Shown piece by piece: positions 55,487 to 64,000 of a stretch of 64,000 nucleotides of DNA. The stretch is from a virus, in IMG/VR virus record IMGVR_UViG_3300037847_007805, positions 1-64,000 of that record, one strand, 5' to 3'. Both the position numbers and the translations under genes were made by a program. The first letter of the stretch is position 1; every line of letters starts with the position of its first letter. The notes under the pieces are model-generated. The model worked only from the letters and a program-made list of their open reading frames with translations. It was not told the DNA's origin and ran no database searches.

Positions 55487-56958
55487 GTTACAAAGAAGCC
55501 ATAAGTTTAAAACTAACAAATAACACTTCTATTGACCAACCCATTGGAATACTTGGGGGGCAATCTTCTACATATCAAAACTCAAATAATAACATTTTAG
55601 TTGAGTGGGATTTAGCAGGTGAAACTTTTTCTGCCACAACTGTTACTCTTGATACTACTGTGCCTGTTACGGTAGATTTGCCTTCTCAAAACATACAGGG
55701 AGTAGTAGAAGCGTTAAATACAACAGATAAAGCTATCTTTACTACTTCAGGAACAAAAGTTTATGCAACATCTTTAAGAGATAGTAGTGTTCAATCCGCA
55801 GATATAAGTGTTGGTACAAGTGGAACATATTTAGCAAAGGTTTTAGGAACAACTGCCGATAGTGTTAATTTTACTCAATTTTCTCCGTCATCTGTAATTA
55901 GTGCATTTGAAAGTGCCACAACAAATACAGGAACAACTTTATACATAGACCCAAGTGATACAATTACTGTAGGGACACAGCTTTATGATGATTCTTTTGG
56001 AAATACCGCATCAACAGTAACGCAGTTTGCAACTCAAGGACTTGGCTCTAACCCAAATGTGCTTACTATTCATAATGGAATTATAACAGAAGTAACTCCC
56101 CGAGGTAACTTAACTAATAATTTTTCGAGGGATATAACTGCGATGCCTAATTTTAATAAATCTACAGTTTTTACAGGAACTACGGGGCAGACGGGTAAAT
56201 TCATAAAACAATGGGTGCTTTCAACAAATGGTAAATATGTATTTGCCATTGAAGATAATGCTGTAATTTACAGATGGACATTTACAACCGCATGGGATTT
56301 TTCGACATTTGATAATACTTCAACTACCTCGCTTGACTTAACAGGTCTTGATGGTTCTGTAGGCACTCAAAAAGGATTGGCTATAAACCCCATTGGAAAT
56401 AAATTATATTTTTATGATAATGGTAATGGTGGCTATAGAAGTGTTAGTTTAAGCACTCCGTTTGATTTATCAACTGCTACGTTAGATAGTTTTACAGCTA
56501 ACGTAAGTACAGCAAGACAAATTTGTTGGAATAATGATGGCACATCTTTAGTGGGTATTGATAAAACTGCGGGTATTAATATAAGTGCTTATTCAACACC
56601 TTTTGATTTATCTTCATATCAATCTAATCAGAATGAGCCGACTATGACAACCTACATAAACCCCTCAAAAAGTAATGCATCATGTGAGAGTTTAATTATT
56701 TCGCCTGATGGGACTAAATGGTATGTACTGTTTTTCGCTGTTGGTACTCCGAATGAATTTGAAACCATACAGGTAGATATTAGTAGTTATAGCGATATAA
56801 CAACACTAAACCAAACAGACAACAATAGGCAATTCGATGGAATATCAGAGGTTACAAATGGCTTGTGGTGGAATGAAAATCAAACTGAATTATTTTTCCA
56901 CCAATCAGCAAATGGTGGTGATAATGATATTTATAGAGTTGATTTCCCTGCACCTTAA
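55483..56958 (+). CDS. putative spike/receptor-binding protein with beta-propeller repeats
   Basis: TTAWDFST, LSTPFDLST, YSTPFDLSS repeats with NPIGNK/NNDGT/SPDGTK turns. Confidence 0.65.
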   Translation: MSYKEAISLKLTNNTSIDQPIGILGGQSSTYQNSNNNILVEWDLAGETFSATTVTLDTTVPVTVDLPSQNIQGVVEALNTTDKAIFTTSGTKVYATSLRDSSVQSADISVGTSGTYLAKVLGTTADSVNFTQFSPSSVISAFESATTNTGTTLYIDPSDTITVGTQLYDDSFGNTASTVTQFATQGLGSNPNVLTIHNGIITEVTPRGNLTNNFSRDITAMPNFNKSTVFTGTTGQTGKFIKQWVLSTNGKYVFAIEDNAVIYRWTFTTAWDFSTFDNTSTTSLDLTGLDGSVGTQKGLAINPIGNKLYFYDNGNGGYRSVSLSTPFDLSTATLDSFTANVSTARQICWNNDGTSLVGIDKTAGINISAYSTPFDLSSYQSNQNEPTMTTYINPSKSNASCESLIISPDGTKWYVLFFAVGTPNEFETIQVDISSYSDITTLNQTDNNRQFDGISEVTNGLWWNENQTELFFHQSANGGDNDIYRVDFPAP

Positions 56959-57758
56959 AATTCATCATCTATATCCAACGATTTGGTAAGGTTAGAATAT
57001 AATGGGTTTTTACCAACCATTTTCCCTCTAATAAGATTTACGTTGTCAGATTCATCAACAACTATATAATCGCCACCCTCAACATGGTCATCATAAGAAA
57101 TGGCTTTTTGTAACTTTAAATCTTCTTTTGGCAGGGTTTTACTTAATTGTTTTAGGACTATTTTTTTTACAGTCCAATACTGTGGGTCTTTAGTATCATT
57201 AAAATATAAATGATTTGGAGTTTTTTGCATTTTAATAATTTGAGAAATTTCTGTTTTAGACATCACTTTAAATACAATATCGTCATCATTTAGCTTTACA
57301 CAAGCATAAATGTATTTTATATTTTCAGCTTTTTTTACAGCTTTTTCGGAAGGTATGTGGGTTAGCTTCGGGTTAATTCCTAATTCGTACTCGAAGTCAT
57401 CACCCTCAAAAACTACCTCTGTCCAAACTTTTTTTATCTTATTGCTACGATATAATAAAGTGATAAGCCCCTTGTAACCAATTATAGGGTTTATGGAGTT
57501 TTTAAAAGGTATGAAGAAAAACTCACCAACCAACTCACTTGGATTTAACCCTAACTCGGCACAATGCAAAATAGATGCAAATAATGATGCAGGATTTTTT
57601 TGAAATGCTGATTGAAGCTGTGGACTTCTTTTCAGTTCCGTTATCATAATCTGCTTGAATTTCGCAGGACTTATTGGACTATCCTCAAGAAGTTCAGTAA
57701 AGTTTTTCTTTTCATATTTTTCTATTGTGTTTTGAAAATTTGTTATAAGTTCTTTCAT
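56955..57758 (-). CDS. recT: RecT-family ssDNA annealing protein
   Basis: CAELGLNP, FFIPF, IIGYKGLITL, VFEGDDFEYELG, KKIVLKQLSKTLP. Confidence 0.9.
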   Translation of the reverse strand: MKELITNFQNTIEKYEKKNFTELLEDSPISPAKFKQIMITELKRSPQLQSAFQKNPASLFASILHCAELGLNPSELVGEFFFIPFKNSINPIIGYKGLITLLYRSNKIKKVWTEVVFEGDDFEYELGINPKLTHIPSEKAVKKAENIKYIYACVKLNDDDIVFKVMSKTEISQIIKMQKTPNHLYFNDTKDPQYWTVKKIVLKQLSKTLPKEDLKLQKAISYDDHVEGGDYIVVDESDNVNLIRGKMVGKNPLYSNLTKSLDIDDEF

Positions 57759-57770
57759 CTTTAGTTTTTG

Positions 57771-57995
57771 TTACGTTAATTTTTCATGTTCAAGTCGTAT
57801 AGCATCAGAGATTTTTTTGTTTTTCTTTTTTATTTCTCTGTCTATTCGATTTATTTCTTTAAATAACTTTTCTCCGTCCATTATAGGTAAAGGAGTTTTA
57901 ATCAAAAAATTTTTAAGAGATTTTTTATATCTCTCTAAGGCGATTATTTTTAATTCGTGTCTAAACACTTTGGCACTTGCTTTTTCTAAATACAT
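57771..57995 (-). CDS. hypothetical protein
   Basis: between nuclease and RecT. Confidence 0.55.
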   Translation of the reverse strand: MYLEKASAKVFRHELKIIALERYKKSLKNFLIKTPLPIMDGEKLFKEINRIDREIKKKNKKISDAIRLEHEKLT

Positions 57996-57997
57996 AA

Positions 57998-58792
57998 TTA
58001 ATAATATACTGTATCAATTAAGGGTAATCGAGTAGCATATTCACAATCCTCAAACAAAGGACATTGTGTGCAGTTTTTAAGGCTTGGTTTGGCTTTAAAA
58101 ATCTTATCTAACGGATTACTATTGATTTGGTTATATACGAAGGCTACGTTGTTCTTATGAAGTTCTAATGTGGATTCATCAATAACTTGTTTTATGATTT
58201 TTGCTTGTTTTGGGTTTGATTGTGAAAAAACAAAGTAATAAAAGTCAAAATCTTCAGGTTCATGATTTAAACAATCTTTTGCCAACAGGGTGTATTGAAC
58301 CCCCTGTATCATTAATTTATGCTTTTCTGTTAATGAGTTTGTTTCCCAACCCCTTTCGTCCCATTTGTTATCTATAAGACCACTATATTTTAAATCTATG
58401 AAGCAGAACCTATCGTTCCATTTTGCATAAATATCTGCAATCCCATTCATTTGTTCATTTTTCAATGAAAGCCCTACGTCAATAATTTCTATTCCATATT
58501 CTTTTACAATATCTTTAAAGTAAGAAGCACTATCTTCTGCCCTTTGAAAAGGTGCAGACAATTTTTCACGGGCTGTTCCTTTATAGCTTATTTTAGGTTC
58601 AGGAACTTTTCCGTTTCTTGGTAAAGCCCCTGTGCATTTATATTCAAAATAGTTACCTAAGTCCATAGCTTCACTACTTGGAAACTCTACACCCTCAAAA
58701 TACTTTGCTTTTATTTGTAAACCACAAACATCTACGAAATCAGATTTATAATCTGAAAAATCTTTTAAAAATGATTGGCTTATTCTATGCAT
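57998..58792 (-). CDS. PD-(D/E)XK exonuclease (RecE/Cas4-like)
   Basis: ISQS, C, GIADI, IDLKY, Q..QY, C-terminal CTQCP...C. Confidence 0.75.
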   Translation of the reverse strand: MHRISQSFLKDFSDYKSDFVDVCGLQIKAKYFEGVEFPSSEAMDLGNYFEYKCTGALPRNGKVPEPKISYKGTAREKLSAPFQRAEDSASYFKDIVKEYGIEIIDVGLSLKNEQMNGIADIYAKWNDRFCFIDLKYSGLIDNKWDERGWETNSLTEKHKLMIQGVQYTLLAKDCLNHEPEDFDFYYFVFSQSNPKQAKIIKQVIDESTLELHKNNVAFVYNQINSNPLDKIFKAKPSLKNCTQCPLFEDCEYATRLPLIDTVYY

Positions 58793-59090
58793 TATTTATT
58801 TTTTTAAATTCATTTTCTTCAATCCAACCATCTGAAGTTACATCTGTTCCAACCCAAATGTGATTTTTACCATGTCTTTTTCTTTCTGAAACTCCTTTTA
58901 CAGGCATTTCAATCCTTACATCTTCAAGAGTTCTCAAGTCAAGAACATCTGTTTTATTTGCCAATTCGTTTAACATATTATCTGCTTCATCTTTTGAGTA
59001 TGCTTCCATAATCACAGGTTTTGGGTTACCCATAAAGTAATACTTATAGAATTTCACTTTTGGTTTTGACCAATCCTTCATATTTCTCAT
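58785..59090 (-). CDS. hypothetical protein
   Basis: overlapping ORF in operon. Confidence 0.6.
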   Translation of the reverse strand: MRNMKDWSKPKVKFYKYYFMGNPKPVIMEAYSKDEADNMLNELANKTDVLDLRTLEDVRIEMPVKGVSERKRHGKNHIWVGTDVTSDGWIEENEFKKINNA

Positions 59091-59277
59091 TTAATTGATT
59101 ATATAAAACGTAGGTGAGGATTCCTGTTTCTCTAAATTTATCATCGCCTGATGTTTTAATGTGAAAATTATAGAAATTTTCAATTAAACGAACCAAACCC
59201 TCGTAATGTTCATTGCAATTACGATTTGAACGAATTATTGCAGATATTTTCTCAAAGTGTTGTACAAGTTGTTCCAT
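59044..59277 (-). CDS. hypothetical protein
   Basis: ORF in operon. Confidence 0.55.
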   Translation of the reverse strand: MEQLVQHFEKISAIIRSNRNCNEHYEGLVRLIENFYNFHIKTSGDDKFRETGILTYVLYNQLNEKYEGLVKTKSEIL

Positions 59278-59337
59278 TTCGTGTTAATTTTGATTTACCC
59301 TGTATTGTGTCTAATTAGGGTAATTAGTTTCTTGGAT

Positions 59338-59368
59338 AGCGGGTCGCTTTATGCGACCTGCTTTTTTT
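59338..59368 (+). terminator. intrinsic terminator-like hairpin in plus-strand orientation
   Basis: AGCGGGTCGC-TTTAT-GCGACCTGCT then T tract; G.U pair only on the plus strand. Confidence 0.7.
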
Positions 59369-59765
59369 ATACACATAGTTTATATTTATTTTCATAGTAT
59401 TTTTTAATTCCATAAGACAGTAAAACCTTTTTCATAAGTAAAAACAAAAACTCTTTATCTTGTTTTTTTAAATCCATAAAAGTTTCTTTTACAATATCAT
59501 CTTCAGATTGTTTGATTCCATAATAAAGTAATTCCATTAAAAACTCTGAAATTACTATTTCCTTTATAGGAAGTTCCTCTGTCAGTTGCTCGGTAATCAT
59601 TATGTCCTTAAAAAAGTGCATAAAATTACTATCCTTTAATAGACCATCTACCATAACAGCAGTATTCCTGTCCTCTTTCCTGTGTGCTATATCAAGCAAA
59701 GATTCAGTAGCCCTGTCATCTATCTGCTGAAAAAATACATTCCAATCTTTCTGTGTTATCATCAA
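59367..59765 (-). CDS. hypothetical protein
   Basis: ORF. Confidence 0.6.
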   Translation of the reverse strand: MMITQKDWNVFFQQIDDRATESLLDIAHRKEDRNTAVMVDGLLKDSNFMHFFKDIMITEQLTEELPIKEIVISEFLMELLYYGIKQSEDDIVKETFMDLKKQDKEFLFLLMKKVLLSYGIKKYYENKYKLCV

Positions 59766-60091
59766 AAATCCTTAAAGGCAAATGGTTTGCCTAAAGAATT
59801 ATTTTTGCAGTAAGTTAAGAGTGCATTATAGTATTTTAAAGCATCTAAACGATTTTTCGCAACAACTTTCCCATAGAAAAACCAATAGTAATTACCATCG
59901 TTATCTAATACTCCAAATTTATAGTTTGTTTTTGAATTAAGAAAGAAATTTTCGTCAATTATGCTTAAAACAGCCATAGGATAGCCCCTTTCGACAAATT
60001 CGTTATACTCAAATTTGTGGGACAATTCTTCTTCAGTAAATGGTATGATTTTAAATTCCACTTCTGTCTTTATTTTAATTACACATGGCAA
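59762..60091 (-). CDS. hypothetical protein (start probably downstream of 60091)
   Basis: minus-strand TATATTTG at 60089-60096 overlaps the called TTG start. Confidence 0.55.
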   Translation of the reverse strand: MPCVIKIKTEVEFKIIPFTEEELSHKFEYNEFVERGYPMAVLSIIDENFFLNSKTNYKFGVLDNDGNYYWFFYGKVVAKNRLDALKYYNALLTYCKNNSLGKPFAFKDF

Positions 60092-60162
60092 ATATATAAA
60101 AAATTATTTTCTACAACAAAAATTATTTTACAAAATAAAATTATTATATAAAATAAAAATAT

Positions 60163-60870
60163 CTAATCTACTAACTGCTTGAATAACATATCTTTAGAGG
60201 TAAAGTATGCTGTAACTTTTTCTACGTTTTCAGGAGTATCTCTGTAATAAATACAGTCAGTTTTCCAACAATCAAAGTCATCACCAAGTAAAACAGAGCA
60301 TTCGTACATTAGCTGATAACAAAAATATCTTATGTATTTATAAATCATTCTTTTGTTTTCATCACCTTCATCAATACAAACCCTTTCTCCCATGTATTTA
60401 CCATCAAAACGGGTAAAATGTTTTTTCCTACCTAAAACAGATAAAGTTGCCAATCTAAGGGCTTTAGACGGGCTTTTAAGACCTTTTTCATAAGTATCTT
60501 CACTTATTATTCCTTTAATCATAGCTATTCTCCAATAAGCATGGTCGAGGTCAGTTCCTGTAACTTTGCCTTTATTGTGGTCGAAATCAAGATTATATTT
60601 AGTTACTTCGTGTTTAGGTGGTAATGCAATCTTTTTTCTTCCTTTCAACCATTTAGTTACATCTCTATTGACACTTTTAAACATAAATAAATAGTTGCGA
60701 GGGAAATTTTTTGAGTGAGGAAAGTAAAACATTGTATTCTCAAAAATAATTTGAGTGGATTCAGATGTTTTTTTTAAGAAGAATTTTGTGTTTTTATTTT
60801 TTAAAGTCCTAATTAATCTATTAGGATTTGAAAACATCATTTTAGTTATTTCATAGTTAAATGAACTCAT
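60163..60870 (-). CDS. minimal family-B-like DNA polymerase (palm/fingers only)
   Basis: motif A-like GTDLDHAYW, motif B-like KALRLATLSVLG, motif C-like WKTDCIYY. Confidence 0.55.
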   Translation of the reverse strand: MSSFNYEITKMMFSNPNRLIRTLKNKNTKFFLKKTSESTQIIFENTMFYFPHSKNFPRNYLFMFKSVNRDVTKWLKGRKKIALPPKHEVTKYNLDFDHNKGKVTGTDLDHAYWRIAMIKGIISEDTYEKGLKSPSKALRLATLSVLGRKKHFTRFDGKYMGERVCIDEGDENKRMIYKYIRYFCYQLMYECSVLLGDDFDCWKTDCIYYRDTPENVEKVTAYFTSKDMLFKQLVD

Positions 60871-60885
60871 TGTGTCTAATAAGTT

Positions 60886-61770
60886 TTATATTATTCCCCC
60901 TTCATCAAACATTTCTTCTATTTCTTTTACAGCTTTTCTGTATTCAGCTTTTGTTTTAAGACCAAGTTTAAATTCTTCTAACAGTATTTCTTTTGCTCTA
61001 TTTTTATCTGCAAGTGGGGTTCTTTGCCTTGTAGGTTTTTTAACAGTTTCTTTTTTTGATTTCGTTGGTCTTTTTTGTGTTTTTGCTTTTTTTAATCTTT
61101 CTCTTTTAGTTTGCTTTTTCTTTGATTGAACTTTTTTGATACGTTCTACCCTTCCTGTATCTTCTACAGGCACTTCTCTTTCCTGTGCAACTTGACCTTC
61201 TTCATCTAAAAGTTTTGTTCCATCAGATAAAACAAAATCAATAAAATAAGAACAGTTTGAGCCATCATCTTTTTTGTTTGGAACAACTTTTATAATTCCT
61301 TCAAACACAAGTCCACTTTTGTTATCTACAAATTGTCTTATGTTTTCTACAATAGGCTGAACCTCTATTTCGATATTTATGTTTTGAACTTGGTCAATTC
61401 TTGTTCTGCCAAATTCTGAACCCCCATTTACTCTGACTTGAACATTTTGTGGAAGCCCTTGTAGTGTATTTTCTATTTCCCACCACTCTAAAGAAATTAT
61501 ATCAGCTTTATTTACAGCGAAAACAGAAAAACAAGGAGAAACTTTTTTTGGTGCTGTTAAGCCTAATGCTAATTCAACCTCTTTTTTAATATCAGCAACT
61601 TTGACTTGGTTTACTGACTTTCCTTTAAATTTAGGATATACATTAGCCGAAGTCCATTTTTGGATTTCATTCCATTTTTCGGGTCTACCCTGCTTCTCAA
61701 ATTCTTTTTTGACTTGCTTTGCACACTTGTTAAACAATCGCAAACCATTATTTTTGGGTAATTTCGGCAT
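60886..61770 (-). CDS. basic hypothetical protein upstream of the polymerase-like gene
   Basis: K/R-rich termini; ends FDEGGII. Confidence 0.65.
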   Translation of the reverse strand: MPKLPKNNGLRLFNKCAKQVKKEFEKQGRPEKWNEIQKWTSANVYPKFKGKSVNQVKVADIKKEVELALGLTAPKKVSPCFSVFAVNKADIISLEWWEIENTLQGLPQNVQVRVNGGSEFGRTRIDQVQNINIEIEVQPIVENIRQFVDNKSGLVFEGIIKVVPNKKDDGSNCSYFIDFVLSDGTKLLDEEGQVAQEREVPVEDTGRVERIKKVQSKKKQTKRERLKKAKTQKRPTKSKKETVKKPTRQRTPLADKNRAKEILLEEFKLGLKTKAEYRKAVKEIEEMFDEGGII

Positions 61771-61878
61771 TTTTACCTTTAAGTATTAGGATTTAATAAA
61801 AGATTATCGTTATTTTGTTTTTCCAACGCAAGTTCCATTCATCATCGTTGGTTTTTGATTACACATAAAAGCCACTTG

Positions 61879-62166
61879 TTAATCCTCAATAGGTGGCTTT
61901 TTATATTTCTTTATTGATGATTTAGAAACCCCAAAATACTTCACAGCTTCATTGATAGAATTATCTTTACAAAACTGATAAATTTTTTCGGCAGTATCAC
62001 TATCAATTCGGTTATTTTTAAACCCAATATCGGTTAAATCGTGCTTTTTGCAATGATAGTTTATTGTGCTTTTAGCACACTCTAATTCTTTGGCTATTTC
62101 ATTGTAGGTTTTACCTTCCTCTCGAAGCGATAAAATCGCATTTTTTATTTGTCGTGGTCTTGCCAT
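61879..62166 (-). CDS. tandem HTH DNA-binding protein
   Basis: GKTYNEIAKELECAKSTINYH and SINEAVKYFGVSKSSIKKY. Confidence 0.75.
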   Translation of the reverse strand: MARPRQIKNAILSLREEGKTYNEIAKELECAKSTINYHCKKHDLTDIGFKNNRIDSDTAEKIYQFCKDNSINEAVKYFGVSKSSIKKYKKPPIED

Positions 62167-62279
62167 ATTTTGAATTTTTTAAGTTTCTTTAAAAGTTGGA
62201 CTAAAGTACGACTTTTTATAAAAGAGGCAAAAAAAAATAGACAAAAAATCTATTTTAATTTTTAGTATGTAACAAAAAT

Positions 62280-62801
62280 TTATGCTCTTTTTATGTTTTT
62301 GTGAACGTATTTAGGATTTATTGCTTTTCCATCTACTAATACTTCATAATGTAGATGGTCGCCCATAGAATTTCCTTTCATTGGGTCATTATATCCACCA
62401 CCTGATAATCCTATAACTTGACCCTTTGTAACCTTATCACCTTTTTTTACAAAAAACTTTTTTAAATGGCAATACTTAGTTGATAAACCGTCTTTATGAT
62501 TTAATTGAATAAATCCACCGCAACCATTCGGCTCTGTGTTTTTAGCGTACTTAACTACTGCATCTGCTACTGCATATACATTGCTTCCTGATTTTGCTCT
62601 TAAATCCCAACCATTATGCATTCTTCCCCATCTCCAACCATAAGGGCTTGTTATAGCAGTATTGTTGATAGGCGGAAGGTCTATGGCATTAGCATCTCCA
62701 TATTTTAAATCATCTCTTATTCTTTTAAAAACAAGGGGAATACTTACTAAACCAACAGCTATACCAATTCCATAAATTACAAATGGATATTTTTTAAGCA
62801 T
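62280..62801 (-). CDS. membrane-anchored M23 peptidase
   Basis: ITSPYGWR, HNGWD, YCHL, HLHYE; N-terminal TM. Confidence 0.9.
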   Translation of the reverse strand: MLKKYPFVIYGIGIAVGLVSIPLVFKRIRDDLKYGDANAIDLPPINNTAITSPYGWRWGRMHNGWDLRAKSGSNVYAVADAVVKYAKNTEPNGCGGFIQLNHKDGLSTKYCHLKKFFVKKGDKVTKGQVIGLSGGGYNDPMKGNSMGDHLHYEVLVDGKAINPKYVHKNIKRA

Positions 62802-63247
62802 TAGTCAAATTTTCCTTTGATAAATAAATTATAGTATTCTTCAGTAACTTGTCCTTTTACAGCATCAGGATAGAAATTTTTAAAATTTTGCCAACTTTTA
62901 TCATCTCCGTCAAAGCCCATCTGCTCATTAAGAACTGCATTTTCAGTTAAGTTTCCAAATTTTCCATCAACAGCCAAACCATAAGAACCCGCATCATTCA
63001 AAAATTTCTGTAATGCTTTTACTTTATCCCCACCGCTTCCTTTTCTAAGTGGAAACCCTTTATCTGTATATTTGCTTGTTACAACAGAACTTACTTCATC
63101 GGGAAGATTTACTATTGTTTCTTTTACATCGGTTACAGCTTCACCAAAACTTGTTGGCTTTTTTCTAAGTAAGCTAAAAACTAAATAACCAACTCCTGCT
63201 GTGGCAACCCCGCCTAATGTTATGAAAATTATTTTTTTTGTGTTCAT
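62801..63247 (-). CDS. membrane-anchored peptidoglycan-binding domain protein
   Basis: FPLRKGSGGDKVKALQKFLN...VDGKFGNLTENAV. Confidence 0.8.
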   Translation of the reverse strand: MNTKKIIFITLGGVATAGVGYLVFSLLRKKPTSFGEAVTDVKETIVNLPDEVSSVVTSKYTDKGFPLRKGSGGDKVKALQKFLNDAGSYGLAVDGKFGNLTENAVLNEQMGFDGDDKSWQNFKNFYPDAVKGQVTEEYYNLFIKGKFD

Positions 63248-63257
63248 TTTGAGTAAT

Positions 63258-63728
63258 TTATGATGTTAATATGTTAGAGGATTTTACAAAAGTATCGCCC
63301 ACTTTTTTATATCCTAAATTATTTATTTTTTGTTCCACTTCGTCTAAATCGTTTTTTAACGAAACTAATTTTTTATAAAATATCACCCGTCCAAATCCTG
63401 TTGGCACTTGACCTGTTTTAACAAAATTTTCAAATGCAACTCTATTACGAATATCTCTATTCATCAAAGGATTATTTCGTGTTTTGTCAATTTCTTTTTT
63501 ATATATTTTATTAATTTCTTCATATTGGTCAAGAAAAAACTGTGCTTCTTCTTTTGTAGTGTCTTTTACAACGCTTGAAGAATCTAATACGTTATCTTTT
63601 GGTGTAGAAGCTACTGAATCATCTACAACTGATTGTTGCTCTAATACATTATTCTTTTTTCTAAAGAACATGAAATATGCTAAAACACCTGTAATTGCTA
63701 AACCCGATACTAAGTATATTTTTTTCAT
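63258..63728 (-). CDS. N-terminally anchored protein
   Basis: TM + RKK; DTTKEEAQF...LGYKKVGDTFVK. Confidence 0.7.
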   Translation of the reverse strand: MKKIYLVSGLAITGVLAYFMFFRKKNNVLEQQSVVDDSVASTPKDNVLDSSSVVKDTTKEEAQFFLDQYEEINKIYKKEIDKTRNNPLMNRDIRNRVAFENFVKTGQVPTGFGRVIFYKKLVSLKNDLDEVEQKINNLGYKKVGDTFVKSSNILTS

Positions 63729-63732
63729 AGTT

Positions 63733-64000
63733 TTATCCTAATACTGTTCCTGCTTTTACAAATCTATTTCCAACCTGAACCCAACCTAATCTTGCAATTT
63801 TATCTAAAAGAGGCTGTATTTCTTCTCTCCTCATTTTCTCTGCTTTCTTTTTTTTGTTAGCAATAATAGTCATATTACTACAAGTCCTTCCCCTACAATT
63901 TTTATTTGTAGCAAGAGCATCGGCTTGTTCGATTAAATCTTTTACTTGTTTTATTAAAAACTGTGCTTCTTCTACTGATGTATCTTGCGTATAAAAATTT
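63733..64000 (-). CDS. partial paralog of 63258..63728 (5' end outside the window)
   Basis: translated ...TQDTSVEEAQFLIKQ...KIARLGWVQVGNRFVKAGTVLG*. Confidence 0.7.
   Translation of the reverse strand, partial: NFYTQDTSVEEAQFLIKQVKDLIEQADALATNKNCRGRTCSNMTIIANKKKKAEKMRREEIQPLLDKIARLGWVQVGNRFVKAGTVLG

Noticed and set aside
57998-58792. Cas4-like nuclease as sign of a CRISPR system
   Set aside because: Located next to RecT, so best explained as the recombination exonuclease; no array seen
1-64000. tRNA, rRNA, integrase or transposase genes
   Set aside because: None recognised by eye; intergenic gaps are short. A tRNAscan/Infernal run is needed to exclude small RNAs

Overview
AT-rich, gene-dense segment of a large dsDNA bacteriophage. 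The host is most likely Bacteroidota/Flavobacteriia: DUF3127-type SSB, CarboxypepD_reg-like domain, repeated TAnnTTTG -7 promoter elements, no obvious Shine-Dalgarno sites. I recognise no terminase, portal, HK97 capsid or tail gene. Instead there is an A32/P9-like FtsK-HerA packaging ATPase just before a promoter- and terminator-bounded, beta-rich ~230-aa capsid candidate (paralog at 54.6 kb), about 40 small membrane-anchored proteins, lipid/membrane-acting domains (PAP2, LRAT/PLAAT-like, annexin-like, LEA_2) and basic proteins of families seen in virophages and giant viruses. This suggests an unusually large (>64 kb) tailless virus with an internal membrane (inference). Main unexplained patterns: (1) a [MFYL]-x-x-G-G motif punctuating two giant modular proteins, in one case exactly between an ADP-ribosyltransferase-like domain and a RelA/SpoT domain, suggesting Gly-Gly-cleaved polyproteins; (2) a second motif, [FY]-x-N-A-x-G, shared by the capsid candidate and a family of structural membrane proteins; (3) a 3772-aa Cys-substituted fibre followed by APS kinase and a glycosyltransferase; (4) a 235-aa minimal family-B-like polymerase. 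Replication/recombination genes (initiator, SSBs, RecT, PD-(D/E)XK nuclease, RusA), a lysis module and a MoxR/CobS-type AAA+ module are also present. All family assignments come from motif recognition by eye, not database searches.
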